From positions 168,956-232,955 of the forward strand of contig CAWHCF010000002.1 in assembly GCA_963827655.1 (NCBI GenBank): DNA of 64,000 nt, written 5' to 3'. How positions within the stretch are numbered: position 1 is the stretch's first letter; every line of letters begins with the position of its first letter. The notes under the pieces are model-generated. The model was not told the origin of the DNA, did not search any database, and saw only the letters and a list, made by a program, of their open reading frames with translations. A program made the translations under genes and the position numbers. The stretch is from an uncultured Acidobacteriota bacterium. Lineage in GTDB: Bacteria; Acidobacteriota; UBA6911. This document shows positions 1-11,032 of this stretch, piece after piece.

Positions 1-1
1 G

Positions 2-376
2 GCGCGGGGCGAGCGAGTGGTGCTCACCGCTGAAGACGAAGCTGGAACGATCGTCGGCACCGTTCAGCTCATTCTGGCTCAGCCTGAGAATCAGCCGCAT
101 CGCGGGGACCTCGCGAAGATGCTGGTGCATCGACGAGCGCGCCGGCGGGGCATTGGCGCAGCCCTGCTCGCTGCCGCCGAGCGCAGTGCTCTCGGCGCGG
201 GCAAGACGCTGCTGGTGCTCGACACCGCCTCGGCTGCTGCCGAGCGCTTGTACGCGCGGCAAGGCTGGCAGCGTTGCGGGCAAATTCCGAACTACGCGCT
301 GATGCCAGACGGCACGCCCTGTGCGACCACGATTTTTTTCAAGTCACTGGGTGTTTCCGACATCGACTGTTTCTAG
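2..376 (+). CDS. GNAT-family N-acetyltransferase (5' end probably outside the window)
   Basis: Acetyl-CoA motif VHRRARRRGIG, LLVLDT and LYARQGW; the frame is open to the window edge. Confidence 0.88.
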   Translation, partial: ARGERVVLTAEDEAGTIVGTVQLILAQPENQPHRGDLAKMLVHRRARRRGIGAALLAAAERSALGAGKTLLVLDTASAAAERLYARQGWQRCGQIPNYALMPDGTPCATTIFFKSLGVSDIDCF

Positions 377-447
377 CTCGGTTGCAACTCCCATGCCGTC
401 TCCCGACCACGTTGAATCTCCTGCGCTGCAATGCGTAGAATGTCGTC

Positions 448-1044
448 ATGAGCGATGAGATCCAGACGACTGTCTCGCGCCTGGTGCACGAGCTTCAGAA
501 CGGCAACCGAGCGGCTCTCGACGAGCTGTTTCCACTGATCTATGAAGAGCTGCGTGCGCTCGCGCACCGGCACCGGCGTCGGTGGCACGGCGACACCACG
601 CTCAATACCACCGCGCTCGTGCACGAACTCTATTTGAAGCTCGACGGCCAGAACAGAATGGGATCGAGCGGCCGCGCGCACTTTTTTGCCGTGGCGTCCA
701 AGGCGATGAGGCATATCCTGAGCAACTATGCCCGTGAGCACAGGGCGAAGAAGCGCGGAGACGGCGCGACGAGAGTCTCCCTGGATGAGATGACCGTCCT
801 TCCGGAAGAACCGCACACCCAACTTTCCGAGCAGCAGGCCGATATGCTTGCGGAGCTCGACGAGGCGCTGCGGCGCTTGGAGCAGGTCGATCAGAGGCGT
901 AGCGAGGTGGTAGAATGCCGGTTCTACGGAGGAATGACCGTCGAAGAAACGGCGGTTGCGATCGGAATCTCGCCCCGAACCGTCAAACGCGACTGGCAGC
1001 TCGCCCAGGCATGGCTGCACCGGGAAATAAAGTCTAACAAGTGA
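448..1044 (+). CDS. ECF-type RNA polymerase sigma factor (kinase-associated, TIGR02999-like)
   Basis: LFPLIYEELRALA, TTALVHELYLKL, ECRFYGGMTVEETA and RTVKRDW motifs; stops 3 bp before the kinase start. Confidence 0.93.
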   Translation: MSDEIQTTVSRLVHELQNGNRAALDELFPLIYEELRALAHRHRRRWHGDTTLNTTALVHELYLKLDGQNRMGSSGRAHFFAVASKAMRHILSNYAREHRAKKRGDGATRVSLDEMTVLPEEPHTQLSEQQADMLAELDEALRRLEQVDQRRSEVVECRFYGGMTVEETAVAIGISPRTVKRDWQLAQAWLHREIKSNK

Positions 1045-1047
1045 GCC

Positions 1048-3708
1048 ATGGACGCGACCCGGCGGGAAAGGCTCGGTGATGTGTTCGAACGCGCACTGGC
1101 GCTTCCCGTCGACCAGCGGCCCGCGTTTCTCGAAAGAGCTTGTCGGGACGACGCCGAACTGCACTCGGAGCTGATCTCGCTGCTGGCCTCGCACGAGGAG
1201 GCTCCGGACTGGCTGGAAGTACAGGCTGACGTAGTTCTCCCAGCGGCGCTCACCGGCATCGGCCAGGAGCTGCCCCCCGATCCTTCGATCGGGTCGAAAG
1301 TCTCACACTACGAAATCCTGGAGGAGCTCGGCGGCGGGGGCATGGGCCTCGTCTACAAAGCCCGCGATCTCGCACTCGATCGACTGGTCGCGCTCAAATT
1401 CCTGCCGGCTCACCTGAGCGCCGACGCGGAGGCGCAGGAACGTCTTAAGTCGGAGGCAAGGGCCGTCTCGGCCCTCGATCATCCGAACATCGCGGTCGTA
1501 CATGAGATTGCAGCGACCGATCCTCCTCCCGGGTCCCAGCAAGCAGCCCGGCTCTTCATCGTAATGGCCCACTACGGGGGTGAGACCATCAAGCGGAAGA
1601 TCGCCCGCGGTCCATTGCCCTTCCGGATGGCTCTCGATTTCGCCCTGCAGGTGGCCGACGGGCTGAGCAGTGCGCACGAGGCCGGAATCGTCCACAGGGA
1701 CATCAAACCAGCCAATCTGATCGTCACCGACCGCGGGCGCGTCATGATTGTGGATTTCGGATTGGCCAAGGCGGTCACCGGTGAGGTGACTGCGGAGGCG
1801 ATCGCACTCGGGACGGCCGCGTACATGAGCCCCGAGCAGACGCGCGGTGGTCCCGTCGATCACCGAACGGACATCTGGTCGCTGGGCGTGACGTTCTACG
1901 AGATGTTAACGGGCCGGCGTCCGTTCCGGGGCGAGAGCGATGGGACGCTGGCGCGCGCCATTCGCGACGACGAGCCCGAGCCGGTGGAGCGGCTGCGTCC
2001 CGAGATCCCACTCCCCCTCGCTGACATGGTTCAGCGCTGCCTCGCGAAGGATTCGGCCAACCGGTATCAACGCTGTGAAGATTTTATGGTCGCCCTACAG
2101 AGCGTCGATCCGCGAAGCACTCCCGTACGGCAAAGCATCTGGCTTCGCTTGTGGCGCAGGCCAGCTTGGCGGTACGCCGCGATGCTCGGCCTGATCGGAT
2201 CGATCCTCCTGGGATCATTCTATGGGATGCAGCTGTTGAAGCAACCAGACCCCTCCAGTTCGGCAGGTGATTCCGTTCTTGCCGCACCGCCGCAACTTGC
2301 CGTGCTGCCCTTTATCAACCTGCAAGCGAATGCGGAGACCGACTTTCTCGGCTATGCCCTCGCCGATCAGATCATCAGCCAGATAGGCTATGTGCGCGAC
2401 CTGGTCGCGCGTCCCTCAAGCGCGGTGCGCCGGTACCAGGGAAAGACGGTCGATCCTCGGCAGGTGGCGAAGGAGCTGCACGTCCAGTATGTGCTGACCG
2501 GGAACTACATAAAGGAAGGAGCCACGCTTCGCTTGAATGTCGAGCTGGTGAAGGCCGTCACTAACGAGGTGGTGTGGCGCGAGGGCATTCACGTGGCCTA
2601 CGACAGTCTGCTCGGCCTGCAAGACCGGGTTGCCGAGACGGTTTCCCGGAAGCTGGCTCTTGGCTTCACTCGTCAAGAGCGGGCGCGGATGCAAAAAGAC
2701 GCGTCCGCGCATCCGCTCGCGTATCACTACTACCTGCGCGCGCTCGCGCAGCCCGTCGGCACCGAGGAAGGCCTTCGTTCTGGCCGCGAACTGCTGATCC
2801 GCTCCGTAGAGCTGGATGCGTCGTTTGCGTCCGCACTTGCCGCGCTCGGGTTTCGCTCCTACGTGCTCGGCCACACGGGCTATGTCGCCGGGGAGGAGCG
2901 CCGCCGGATGCTCTCTGAAGCGGAACAGGCGCTTCAGAAAGCCCTCGCACTGAACGCGGAGCTGCTGAGCGGCCTCAGTTACCTGGCTATTCTTTATCTC
3001 GAGACGGCGCGCATCGAAGAAGCGTTGGACGTTGCGCAGCGGGCCCTTGCGATCAATCCGAACAGCTCGGACGCCTCAATTTCGCTCGGCCACATCTACC
3101 GGTTCGCCGGCGTATTTGACGAATCGGAGCGCACCTTCGCGCGGGCGAAGATGCTCGATCCCTATAATCCGAGATTGATCACGTCCGGCCTCACGTACCT
3201 CTACCACGCAAGGTACGACCAGGCGCTGGAGATGTTCGCTCTGACCGAGCAGTACGCCCCGTTTTCGCTGCTTTGGCAGGGCATGGCCCTCCTGGAGATG
3301 GGTCAGCTGGAGGAGGCTCGCAAGCGGTTCGATGCCGTTCTAGCGACGCGCACCACGAGCTCAGCGCGCTGGGTGGCCGAGGCCCATCTCGCGTACATGG
3401 CGCGCAATCTCGATCAAGGGCTGGCGGCGGTGCGCGTTCTGGAGCGTACGTTTGCGCCGGCCGGTGAAGGCGGAGAGGCGCTGTACCATTACGGCCGGCT
3501 GTACATCGCGCTCGGCGACTCGACCTCGGGGATCACCATGCTGGAGCGGGCGATAGACCGCGGGTTTTTCCCATATCCTTACCTCCGGGTCGATCGGTTC
3601 CTCGACCGCGCCCGCGCCGAGCCTGACTTCAACCGCGTCCTCGCAAAGGCAGAGACGCGCCACGAGACGTTCAAGAAAAGACTGTCGCGCGGCAGGCAAT
3701 CACTGTAG
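1048..3708 (+). CDS. Hanks-type Ser/Thr protein kinase with TM segment, TolB-N-like domain and TPR repeats
   Basis: LGGGGMGLVY, VALK, HRDIKPAN, DFG and YMSPEQ motifs; a hydrophobic helix, LAVLPF and C-terminal TPR-like repeats follow. Confidence 0.95.
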   Translation: MDATRRERLGDVFERALALPVDQRPAFLERACRDDAELHSELISLLASHEEAPDWLEVQADVVLPAALTGIGQELPPDPSIGSKVSHYEILEELGGGGMGLVYKARDLALDRLVALKFLPAHLSADAEAQERLKSEARAVSALDHPNIAVVHEIAATDPPPGSQQAARLFIVMAHYGGETIKRKIARGPLPFRMALDFALQVADGLSSAHEAGIVHRDIKPANLIVTDRGRVMIVDFGLAKAVTGEVTAEAIALGTAAYMSPEQTRGGPVDHRTDIWSLGVTFYEMLTGRRPFRGESDGTLARAIRDDEPEPVERLRPEIPLPLADMVQRCLAKDSANRYQRCEDFMVALQSVDPRSTPVRQSIWLRLWRRPAWRYAAMLGLIGSILLGSFYGMQLLKQPDPSSSAGDSVLAAPPQLAVLPFINLQANAETDFLGYALADQIISQIGYVRDLVARPSSAVRRYQGKTVDPRQVAKELHVQYVLTGNYIKEGATLRLNVELVKAVTNEVVWREGIHVAYDSLLGLQDRVAETVSRKLALGFTRQERARMQKDASAHPLAYHYYLRALAQPVGTEEGLRSGRELLIRSVELDASFASALAALGFRSYVLGHTGYVAGEERRRMLSEAEQALQKALALNAELLSGLSYLAILYLETARIEEALDVAQRALAINPNSSDASISLGHIYRFAGVFDESERTFARAKMLDPYNPRLITSGLTYLYHARYDQALEMFALTEQYAPFSLLWQGMALLEMGQLEEARKRFDAVLATRTTSSARWVAEAHLAYMARNLDQGLAAVRVLERTFAPAGEGGEALYHYGRLYIALGDSTSGITMLERAIDRGFFPYPYLRVDRFLDRARAEPDFNRVLAKAETRHETFKKRLSRGRQSL

Positions 3709-4040
3709 CGTGCGGGACCACGTTATCAAGCGAGCATCTCCCCAACAGTGCTCTCTTCCGTGGCGTAGAGCCCGGGGCCGGACGAACGGTTGTCCGGTCC
3801 GGGCTCGATTCACTTGAAGCTGATCTTGATGCTTATCGTCACGTTGTCGCAATCGAACCTGGATACTGGAACGACCGGCCATTCTGGAGCGCGCCGTGGG
3901 CGATCATGGTCGAATGGCCGGGGTCTGCTAGCCTGGTTCGAGTTGTGTATGATCATAGGGAAGTCGCGTCTTACAGTAACCGCGCGCGTTCGTTCATGGC
4001 CAGGTCAGGAGGCCCTAGTCTGGGTGGCGACAGGACGTTC

Positions 4041-5111
4041 TCACTTGCCGCAGCCGTCGGCCAGGATCTGTTCGATCGACACGAGCAGGGCAATGTCGTT
4101 GATCGTGAAGCCAACTGCATTCGTGACCGGCAGGACTCCGTTCGCTCGCCACTCCATCAGAGTGGCAAAGTTGTCCGCCAGGACTTCCTCGGGGTGGATG
4201 ATGAAGTTCGAGTTGCGTCTCATCAGCGGTACCCAATTCGTGTTGCCGAACGTGTAGGCGATGAGGGTGCCGTTGCTGTGCCGGAGGGCCTCACTGGTAC
4301 TGGTATCAACGGCAAGGAGAAGGATGTCGAGTGCATCGAAAAAGTTCGGGAGCAGGATAGCCTCCTCCAGCGGCACCAGAGACTGAATCACCGGCACGAC
4401 GTCCGCGCTCCCGGATGCGGTTTGAACGGTCACCGCGTGTTCGTAGGTGTACGCGTCCGGGTTACTCACGCGACGTTCCTCGAGCTCCGCCGGAAACTCA
4501 ATACCGTCAAACCGATTGGCTCCAAGAAGAGCATAGGTCTTGTCGCGCAGGTCAGAATCGTTTCGGGACAGGACGTGAAAGAGCTCGTGCGCAAGCAGGA
4601 AGAATGCATTGCGCGGTTGGGTGGCGGCCAGGCCGGCCAACCTTTGCGGGAACATGATCGCTCGTTGCCGCGTGTACGCCGCGTCGAATTCTTCCTTTCC
4701 CGTGGTCTTTACCAAGTCGATGTTTGGCAGGTCCACGCCCAGATCTTCCATCGCGTGGCTCAACTTGTCGATCATCGCCCCCCAACTCGCGCGCTCCTCG
4801 GGGGTCCACTTCAAGGCTGCTTCGGAAGCGAAGTCGAGGAACTCGTGCAGCCTCGTCGGTTGTGCTGTCTGCTGGCGGACGCCCAAATCAAAGGCACTCA
4901 ATTGCCGCGCCCAGTCATCCTTCTTTCCAAGAATTGTACTTGCCCGATCAGCGCTCGCGAACTGCAGCCGGTCGGAAAGGGTCTTATTCTTGCACGAAGA
5001 AGCATGCTTGTCGGTGCTGCTGAAGGTACCCGGCTTCGCCCCTTCGTCGGCGGTGGCCGACGCGGTGAGCGCGAGGACGAAAACCAGCGGCAGTGTTCCC
5101 AGAGTCTTCAT
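4041..5111 (-). CDS. Secreted hypothetical protein, putative zincin metallopeptidase
   Basis: RBS AAGGAGG before ATG 5111, signal peptide, HELFH (HExxH) motif and downstream HPEE. Confidence 0.65.
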   Translation of the reverse strand: MKTLGTLPLVFVLALTASATADEGAKPGTFSSTDKHASSCKNKTLSDRLQFASADRASTILGKKDDWARQLSAFDLGVRQQTAQPTRLHEFLDFASEAALKWTPEERASWGAMIDKLSHAMEDLGVDLPNIDLVKTTGKEEFDAAYTRQRAIMFPQRLAGLAATQPRNAFFLLAHELFHVLSRNDSDLRDKTYALLGANRFDGIEFPAELEERRVSNPDAYTYEHAVTVQTASGSADVVPVIQSLVPLEEAILLPNFFDALDILLLAVDTSTSEALRHSNGTLIAYTFGNTNWVPLMRRNSNFIIHPEEVLADNFATLMEWRANGVLPVTNAVGFTINDIALLVSIEQILADGCGK

Positions 5112-5838
5112 TGCGACCTCCTTCATTTGATTTAGGTGTATTGTCAAAACTTTCAAACATTAAGCCGCCAACTCGTTGTTTCAACGAGATGGTTGCCCTC
5201 CGTCCTTTTCCCCCCGCGCTTGCAGAAACATTGCGTGAGCTGCGCGAATGAAGGTGTGTGATTGTGTGGAATCTGTCATTGCGGCCTCATGGAATTCCTG
5301 GCACTACCCGTCATTTGCCGGTGGAGTTTGTCTAGGACCGAAGAGGCCGAGCGGGTCGGGGTGACCGGCGCAACTCAGTCTCGGCTCCTCATCCTCGAAT
5401 ACACGGCTCTGGACAAAAGGGGGCCATCGCCGGTCCCGTTTTCCTTGGACGTTCTGGAGTGACCGCGATTCTTGCAGAGGCGATTGTCAAGCCCTTGAGT
5501 CTGCGGCCGTGAGCCGTAGTGGGCATCAGCGATCGTAAGGGACACGGTCGATGCTGCAAGTGCCGCGACTCTGTCTGAAAAAGGGCGCCAAAAACGTGTC
5601 AGGAGAGTATCGAATGACGTGCTGTTACCGCGGCACCTCGATGCGAATTATGCTCGGATGCTTCGTGCGTGCCACGTGGCACTGGGCGCCACCGACGGCG
5701 CACCTCGAGCTCGGCTGGCGCACGGCAGGACCCCAGGAGAGCCGAGGTTGGTGCGGGCGCAGACGGACGGCCATCTCGCGAGGAGATTCTCCCCCCAATT
5801 TTCTCTTAGGACCGGCACTGACGCGGATCTTCGTCCGC

Positions 5839-7326
5839 TCAGCGGCGAACGGGATCAGGCTGAGGCGACCTGGATGGCGGTCGGATGCCGTAGAGCATCT
5901 TCGTCCGCAGCTCGATGCTTTGGCTTAGCGCCTCGCCCAGATGCAGGCCGTTCATGGCTTCCGCGTTGTTATACCAGGTCAGGTACTGACGGGCCAGATC
6001 GGGCTCGCCGGCCTTGTAGAGGGCTTGCGCCGTTTGCTCCACCGTGGGTTGCCCCGAGATGAGCCGCGACTCGAAGGCTTCGAGCGCTTGCGTGACCTCG
6101 GGCAGGAATTCCCGACTGCGCTCTTCGGTCAAGTAGAACAGTCTCTTGAATACGTGGAACGCGTAGCGCGTGGATTCGATACCGCGGAAGGCGGCGTCCA
6201 TGAATCCGTCGGCCTCGCCTTCGGTAAGATATCGGTGCCGTTTGAACTCCGGCGGAACGTCGTTGACTCCCACGTGGTTTGGGATAAACGGAGCCGTGAC
6301 AGGCGTCGTGGCGGCGATCCAGAGCACACCCAGATCCTGATGGATGTCCTTGCGCAAGTGGGCGACCTGTCCATATCCCGCTGAATCGCGCGTGACTTCG
6401 GTCGTCCGCACAGCGGCGATGATTTCTTTCAGGCTGATCTGACCCTTCCGTTTGCGAAGTCGTTCCTCGATCAGTACCACTGCTTCGTGCCGCATCTTTC
6501 CATCGCCATACACCCGGTTCACATTGAATGGCTGGCCGGATTTGGGGTCGTGCCAACCCTGCTTCTCCGCGAACGAAATCAGGTTGGGCGAACCCATGTA
6601 GCCCGGCCGAGTCCGGAAATCGACTGGAATCTCGCCGATATAGCCGGGGCGGGAAACGCGGATGTCGTCCGGGCCAAGCCGCTCGGCGACCCAGAGTCCT
6701 TGCCCTCCGGCAAATTCGATCAGGATCCAGCCTTCGGCAGGATCGGCGAACAGATGCGAATTACCTCCGTAGGTCGAGTAACCATATTTGTCGATCAGCG
6801 CGCCAATAATCTCGACTGCCTCTCGGGCGGTTTTGGCACGCTCCATGACGATGCGCGACAGGTCGCTGTAGTTCGGTCCGCGCTGGGGGTTGGGTGTCAT
6901 CTTCCGTAATTCCTCACGAGACGGCGACCAGATGTCTCGCGCGGCCACGTGATGTTCGTTGAGTCCCCCGTTGGTTAGCGGCGCCGGAAAGCCGGCGAAC
7001 GCGGAGTAGTTCATGGTGATGTATTTCAGGGTCTGGGCAACCTGGGGAATTTCTATGAGAACTCCCGGGTATCGCGCGGCCGCGGTCCCGCCGACTTTGA
7101 TGCTTGCCTGCGGTGGATGATCGCGCCGCGGGACAATCTCGAGCCAGTGACTGGACGGTTCGTCACCGTAGCCGGCAAGAAATACGCTGCCGTCGGCCGT
7201 GAGATTCTTGCCGACATAGATGCCGTAACTGGCAAAGGCACCCGAATGCCAGACAAGCATGAGCAGTGCGATCGCCATCGCGATCATGGATCTCTTCCTT
7301 CCCGTCCGTGCTGGCTTCGTCGTCAT
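5839..7326 (-). CDS. Peptidase C69/secernin-like Ntn hydrolase, secreted
   Basis: Signal peptide ending AFA followed by SYGIYVGKNLTADGS; GGLNEHHV, ERAKTAREAV and LWVAERL match C69 dipeptidase motifs. Confidence 0.8.
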   Translation of the reverse strand: MTTKPARTGRKRSMIAMAIALLMLVWHSGAFASYGIYVGKNLTADGSVFLAGYGDEPSSHWLEIVPRRDHPPQASIKVGGTAAARYPGVLIEIPQVAQTLKYITMNYSAFAGFPAPLTNGGLNEHHVAARDIWSPSREELRKMTPNPQRGPNYSDLSRIVMERAKTAREAVEIIGALIDKYGYSTYGGNSHLFADPAEGWILIEFAGGQGLWVAERLGPDDIRVSRPGYIGEIPVDFRTRPGYMGSPNLISFAEKQGWHDPKSGQPFNVNRVYGDGKMRHEAVVLIEERLRKRKGQISLKEIIAAVRTTEVTRDSAGYGQVAHLRKDIHQDLGVLWIAATTPVTAPFIPNHVGVNDVPPEFKRHRYLTEGEADGFMDAAFRGIESTRYAFHVFKRLFYLTEERSREFLPEVTQALEAFESRLISGQPTVEQTAQALYKAGEPDLARQYLTWYNNAEAMNGLHLGEALSQSIELRTKMLYGIRPPSRSPQPDPVRR

Positions 7327-7351
7327 GTCTCTCTACTCCTTGCTACCTGCG

Positions 7352-7415
7352 TTTCTTCGTGTCTTCGTGGTTAGAGCTGTCTAACAAATACCACGAAGAC
7401 CCAAAGACACGAAAA
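7352..7415. repeat. Palindromic REP-like element (ACCACGAAGACACGAA type), copy 1
   Basis: Perfect 11-bp stem GTCTTCGTGGT/ACCACGAAGAC; matches 10962-11030 in inverted orientation. Confidence 0.75.
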
Positions 7416-7515
7416 CACTGCGTGATTTGATTTGACGCGTCGCCGCCCACTGTGCAAGGCTGAATTCATCCCTGGCACCCTCTTTGCCAATTCAATCCCC
7501 CTACGGAGGCATTTC

Positions 7516-10500
7516 ATGACTCGACTTCTGCTCGGCGTTGCCTTGGTCCCCGTCGCCGCTCTTGCCCTCTGGGCCCAGAGCTTTACGGCTAACCTGACGG
7601 GTGTCGTGACCGACCCTCAGGGGGGTGTCATTGCCGGGGCCGACGTAGTCCTCACTAACACAGCGACGGGACAGGCCCGGACGGCCATTACAAGCAGCGA
7701 CGGACGTTACACGTTCTCTCAGCTCAACCCGTCGACCTACGGCCTTTCCGTCAAGCTCGTCGGCTTCAAGGAGTACAACCAGACAGGCATCCTGCTCTCG
7801 ACCAACCAATCGGTCGAGCTCAACGTGAAGCTCGAGGTCGGAAATCTGGCCGAGACGATCGAGATCACAGCCGAAACGCCGCTGCTCGACACGCGAACTG
7901 CGAATCAGTCGGTGACGCTGGAAAGCCGGGCGATCCAGGACTTGCCGGTCAATGCGCGCAATCCGTTCGTGCTCGCCCACGCGACTGCGGGCGTCGTGGC
8001 TGTCCGCACGGGTGTGTCGACGGCGACCCAGGACCAGAACCATAACCGAATCGCGATGAACGGGGGTCGCGATGAAACGGTGCTCGTGCTGATCGACGGC
8101 GTTCCGGCGTCGGCGGGCGACTGGGGTGGCCTGATTGCGACTCCCGGCGTCGACTCGGTCAACGAGGCGCAGATCGTGCGCAACACATACGAGGCGCAGT
8201 TCGGCAAGACCGGCGGCGGCGTGATCAATCTGACGTCGAAAGGCGGCTCGCAGGACTATCACGGCACGTTGTTCGAATACCACCGGAACGACGAGCTCGA
8301 TGCCAATAGCTGGTTCAACAACAAGTTCAACCGACCGAAGTCGGAATTCAAGCGCAACCAGTACGGCGGCAACATCGGCGGCCCGATCTGGAAGAGCAAG
8401 CGGATTTACGGGTTCTTCGGTTACGAGGGCCTGCGGCAGGGGACCCCCTCGTCCCGCACCGCCACCGTCCCGACCGAGCTCGCAGCGCCAGGGCGATTTC
8501 TCCCAGACCTTCAACGCTGACGGCTCGCTCGCGGTCATCTACGATCCCCTCACCACGCGGGCGGACCCGGCCAACCCCGGACGTTTCTTGCGCGACCCGT
8601 TTCCGGGTAACCGAATCCCATCCAACCGGTTCGATGCTGTCGGAGTCAATGCCCTGAAGCTCTTTCCGCTTCCGAACGTCGCCGGCACCGGGGCGGCGCA
8701 GATCAACAACTACTTCAAGACCGGAACCGAGGCGGTTACGAACGACCGCTACGACGCGCGCGTCGACTGGACCCCAAGCTCGCGCCATACCGTGTTCTGG
8801 CGCATGACGAAGTCGCCTCAGGCCGGGATCCGGCCGGAGCTGTTCGAACGCGACGCCGAGACGCAATGGGACGACTACAATCCGCGCTGGCACACCTCGC
8901 TCGGCAACACCTTCACGCTGAGCCCGAAAACGGTCGTCAACGTGCTGCTCGGCGGCGGCCAGTGGACCGAGAAGCAGATCTCCAAAGGCCTTGGTTACGA
9001 CTTCACGGCGCTCGGTCTGTCGCCGTCCCTCGCGAGTCAGTTCAGCGTCGAGACACCCTTCGTCTGGAACTTTGGCGGCGATTATTCGGCCCTGGGCAAC
9101 AACAGGCTCCTGATTTTCGCGCGCAACATCATCAACGCTCAGGTCAATGTCAGCCGCGAGTTTTCCGCGCACAGCTTGAAGTTCGGCTGGTCGGTCGAGT
9201 ACTCGCAGCTCAACGACATCGACTTCAACTCCGGGACGTTCAATTTCGACCGGTTCTTTACCAGCGGGCCCGATCCCGACTCTCGCGTCGCGCGGGCGGG
9301 CAACTCCATCGCCTCACTGCTGGTTGGCGCCGGCTCGGGAGGCTCCGCTCCGGTGCCGATTGCCCCGGCGGCGACTCAGACCTACTGGGGTTTTTACGTC
9401 CAGGATGCCTGGAAGCTGACCCCGAAGCTCACCGTCAACTACGGGCTGCGGTACGAGCTCCAGCCAGGACGCACCGAGCGCTTCGACCGGTTCAACTACT
9501 TCGACCCGGCCGCGCCCAACCCGCTCGGGCCGAAAGTTGGGCTCCCGGACCTGCGGGGCGGACTGGTGTTCGTCGGCGACGACGACCGGTCTCAGTGGAG
9601 TCCGTCGTACCACGACTTTGCGCCCCGGATCGGACTCGCCTACAGGGTCAACGACCGCCTCGCCGTGCGGGCCGGCTACGGCGCCTTCTATCTGACCGCG
9701 GTCAACGTCGGGCCGCTGGTCGGCACCGACGGATTCTCCACGACGACGCCCTGGCTATCGACGCTCGACAGCGGCCGAACCCCCAACAACCTCTTGCGTG
9801 ATCCGTATCCGAGCGGATTGTCGCAGGCGACGGGAAGCTCGGCCGGGCTGGAGACCAATGCGGGGCTGGCGATCAATGCTTTCCTGCGCGACCGCCCGAC
9901 GGCGTACATGCAGCAGTATAGCCTCGACCTCCAGTATGAGATCAGCAAGTCGATCGTGCTCGAGGTGGGGTACGTGGGCAATCAGGGGCGCCGGCTCGCG
10001 CTCGGGTACGGCGTCAACATCAACGAGATCCCTAGCTCGGCGCTCGCCCTCAGGGATGGGCTGCGGGAGCAGGTGACGAACCCGTTCTTCGGCTCGATCA
10101 CGAGCGGGTCGCTCGCGGCACGCACGGTGGAACGGCGGCAGCTTCTGCGCCCCTACCCGCAGTTCGCCAACGTGACGATCCAGGACTTTCCCGGAGCATC
10201 GTCGAGCTACAACGCCCTGGTGGCGAAGGTCAACAAACGATTCTCCGACGGCCTCAGCCTGATCGCGACTTACCAATGGTCGAAGGCAATCGACAACGCC
10301 TCCGAAAACCAGGGTTGGGAGATCGTTGACGGCTACCGGAGCTATAACAACCTCAGCCTCGAAAGGTCGATCAGCGGCCACGACATCCCGCAGAGCGTGG
10401 CGGTTGCGTGGATCTACGAGCTTCCCGTGGGCAGGGCCGGCAAGGTGGGGACAGGCCTCCATCCTGTGGTCAATGGCATCCTCGGCGGCTGGCAGGTGAG

Positions 10501-10937
10501 CGGAATCTACCGCTGGACCTCGGGGCTGCCGCTGCGGTTTTCGGCGCCCGACAACGTGTTCGCGTTCGGCGGAGGGCAATACCCTGACGTTACCGATCTG
10601 AAGGCGAGCGAGGCTCGAACAGAAGACGATCGACCGCTGGTTCAACACGGCCGTCTTCGCCCAGCCGGCGCCCTACACGCTCGGCAACGCGCCACGTTGG
10701 TTCTCCAACATCCGCTATGACCACACGGACAACTGGGACATCGCGCTGGCTAAGAACTGGCAGGTCCTGGAGTCGATCCGGATCCAGTTCCGGGCGGAAA
10801 TGTTCAACGCGTTCAACCGTGTTCAGTTCGGGAGAGCCAACACGACGTTCGGCGCCGCGGCCTTCGGCACCGTGGCCGGCACGGCGCCTGGCGCCGGCCC
10901 GCGTAACATCCAGTTCGGCCTGCGCGTCGCATTCTGA
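7516..10937 (+). CDS. TonB-dependent receptor with carboxypeptidase-regulatory-like N-domain; two frameshifts (~8480, ~10610)
   Basis: GVVTDPQGGVIAGA, YEAQFGKTGGGVIN, YVQDAWK and GLRYE motifs; C-terminal QFGLRVAF. ORFs 7432-8520 and 8300-10720 plus a third frame join into one gene. Confidence 0.88.
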
Positions 10938-10961
10938 AGGAGCGCGGCGAGAGCAAAACGA

Positions 10962-11030
10962 TTCTTCTTCGTGTCTTCGTGTCTTGGTGGTTAGCACAGC
11001 TCTAACCACAAAGACACGAAGACGCCGAAA
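10962..11030. repeat. Palindromic REP-like element, copy 2; probable bidirectional terminator
   Basis: Stem GTCTTCGTGTCTTGGTGGTTAG/CTAACCACAAAGACACGAAGAC (21/22 paired), lying between convergent genes. Confidence 0.78.
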
Positions 11031-11032
11031 AT

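Noticed and set aside
5160-5838. Short ORFs or an ncRNA in this intergenic region (and in 62990-63540)
   Set aside because: No recognisable motif, RBS or convincing structure.
7352-11030. Palindromic repeats as a CRISPR array
   Set aside because: Only two inverted copies 3.6 kb apart, with no spacers and no cas genes.
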